Assembly (NCBI RefSeq): GCF_009914755.1
Contig: NC_060944.1
Length of the DNA: 64,000 nt
DNA from: the human T2T-CHM13v2.0 reference genome, Homo sapiens
Direction: 5' to 3' (one strand)
Under the pieces are notes generated by a model. That model had not been told where the DNA came from, made no database searches, and saw nothing but the letters and a program-made list of their open reading frames with translations. Positions 62,353 to 64,000 of this stretch are shown one piece after another. The translations under genes were made by a program, and so were the position numbers. Each line of letters begins with the position of its first letter. Position 1 is the stretch's first letter.

Positions 62353-63622
62353 GCCTTCATGGGTGAAAATTTTAAAGAAAACAGAACCACAAATGTCAGC
62401 TTGCAAGTATTCAATGAATGATAATCACTACTAGTAAACTTCTGTGAGCCAAACGTAGCAGAGACTGGCCAACCTTAACTCAATAACCTCCACTTGAGAA
62501 AGCAAGCTGAAATGTGAGTTAAAGTGGCCTTATTGCAGGAATAATCTTGAGTCTGCTCCAACTTATCTTAAAAAATAAGTTATTAGTAGGCTCCCCTGAA
62601 ACAATCCTGATAAAGACTCTTATAACCAACTTCTACTTAACCTAATCATTGGATTAACCAATGTTCAGCATTCCTTCTTTAATAAATACTGACTGTTCCC
62701 CACAGTGTGGAGAACGCTTGCAGTAAATAGACTGAGTTCTCATGTTCCTATGCAGTCTGTTTCAAAGAGGGAATCAGCTGTTATACTTCCCAGTAGTCAA
62801 TTGGGAGGGTTCCCGAATCTGTATATGCCAATTGTACTTATTATATCATTCAACTCAATATTACATAAACTGATGAATATGAGTTCTTAAAAAAGATAGT
62901 GCTTCTATGCAACCCAAGTTAAATGTAACTTGATGAAAATAAATGTGAGTAGCTAAAAATGAATTTTTATTCAATGAATGTCACCAAGACAATTTTAAAA
63001 TAATATTTAACTATTCTGAATAATCTAGAAGAATTCTGCGTTTAAATTGTTTTCCAAATGTCTTTTAGCTTTCCTATTTGACTAACAATAATAAATTAGC
63101 TTGTTATAGATGTGATAAGCTGCAATACTAACAACTTAAAAAGTTTTTGTCTTATATCAAAAGATAGGCAAATACATATTCATTTATACATTTGATATTA
63201 AAGTAAAACGTTTGTGTCTCATGTTTTATGATTCCATCTTTAACCAACATTTTTGATTAACCAACCAATTACTAGTGATGGTTGCATCACTTAAGAAGGT
63301 TTTATTCTGTTAGTAGAGCCTGGACCAATGCCTGACACATAACAGGAGCATTATTACTAACTGCTGAATGAATTTGTTGGATGAATTAGCGGCAAATTGC
63401 TGGCAATGCCCATTACAACCAAACCAGACATGTTTTCACACACCAATGTGTTTTAATACTGAGTTAAAAAAAATACCTGACTTTTTACTTTAACCATACT
63501 TTCTTTAACCTTACTTGTAGAAGATGGAGGAACAGCTTAGCTTTCCAATATTTCTCTAAATATTGCTTGTTTATACCAGGTCTCTAACAAAGGCTGATAA
63601 CGTAGGTTTTTGGTGTTGTTGA

Positions 63623-63794
63623 CAGTGTCCCACTAGCATGTATCAGAATCACCTGGAGGCCTTGTTCAACTGTAAATTGCTAGGCTCTATCATGGAGTTT
63701 CCATTTAGTAAGTCTGAGGTGGGACTCTAGAGTTTACATTTCTGACAAGTTGCCAGGTGATGGTATTCCAAGGAACAAACTTTGAGAGTCACTG
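63623..63794 (-). mobile_element. MER5A
   Basis: atcagaatcacctggaggccttgtt...catttctgacaagttgccaggtgatg...ctttgagagtcactg. Confidence 0.72.
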
Positions 63795-64000
63795 ACCTGG
63801 TATACCTCCAGAATAGTACAGTTATCAAGGTCATCTTACTCTTCCTCTAACCATTTACCCCAGTCCATTTAATTCCTTCAAATGTCTCAACTGATACTGG
63901 ATTTGACTTCAATGTTCTGGCAATAAGTATTGAATTGGCTGGGTAAATTGATGGGATGAATATTGAATTGACTGGGTAAGTTAATTGGCTGGGATGAGGC

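Overview
Human genomic DNA from the SLX4IP-JAG1 locus (chr20p12.2, recognised from the proteins). On the + strand are the last two coding exons of SLX4IP (328-428, 1673-2393) and its long 3' UTR. On the - strand is the complete JAG1 (Jagged1, Notch ligand) gene. All 26 coding exons were placed with GT-AG boundaries and sum to 3657 nt (1218 aa + stop), from ATG 52548 to TAG 18512. The 3' UTR ends near 16700 and the promoter lies in a CpG island at about 50.8-54.1 kb. The tailed mirtron MIR6870 sits at the 3' end of JAG1 intron 9. The rest is intronic or intergenic DNA with 7 Alus, old L1/L2/L3/MIR fragments, MLT1 LTRs, hAT DNA transposons (MER5, MER58A, MER3) and microsatellites. I found no new gene family, foreign insertion or novel system. 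The best leads are regulatory and concern JAG1 dosage: an out-of-frame uORF overlapping the JAG1 start, three AAUAAA signals in the 5' UTR, an orphan CpG cluster in intron 2 with overlapping RBPJ/TEAD motifs, a mirtron hairpin masking an acceptor, and a (UG)19 tract beside a 28-nt exon. Repeat subfamilies and boundaries are by-eye estimates. Literature and variant identities are recalled, not looked up.
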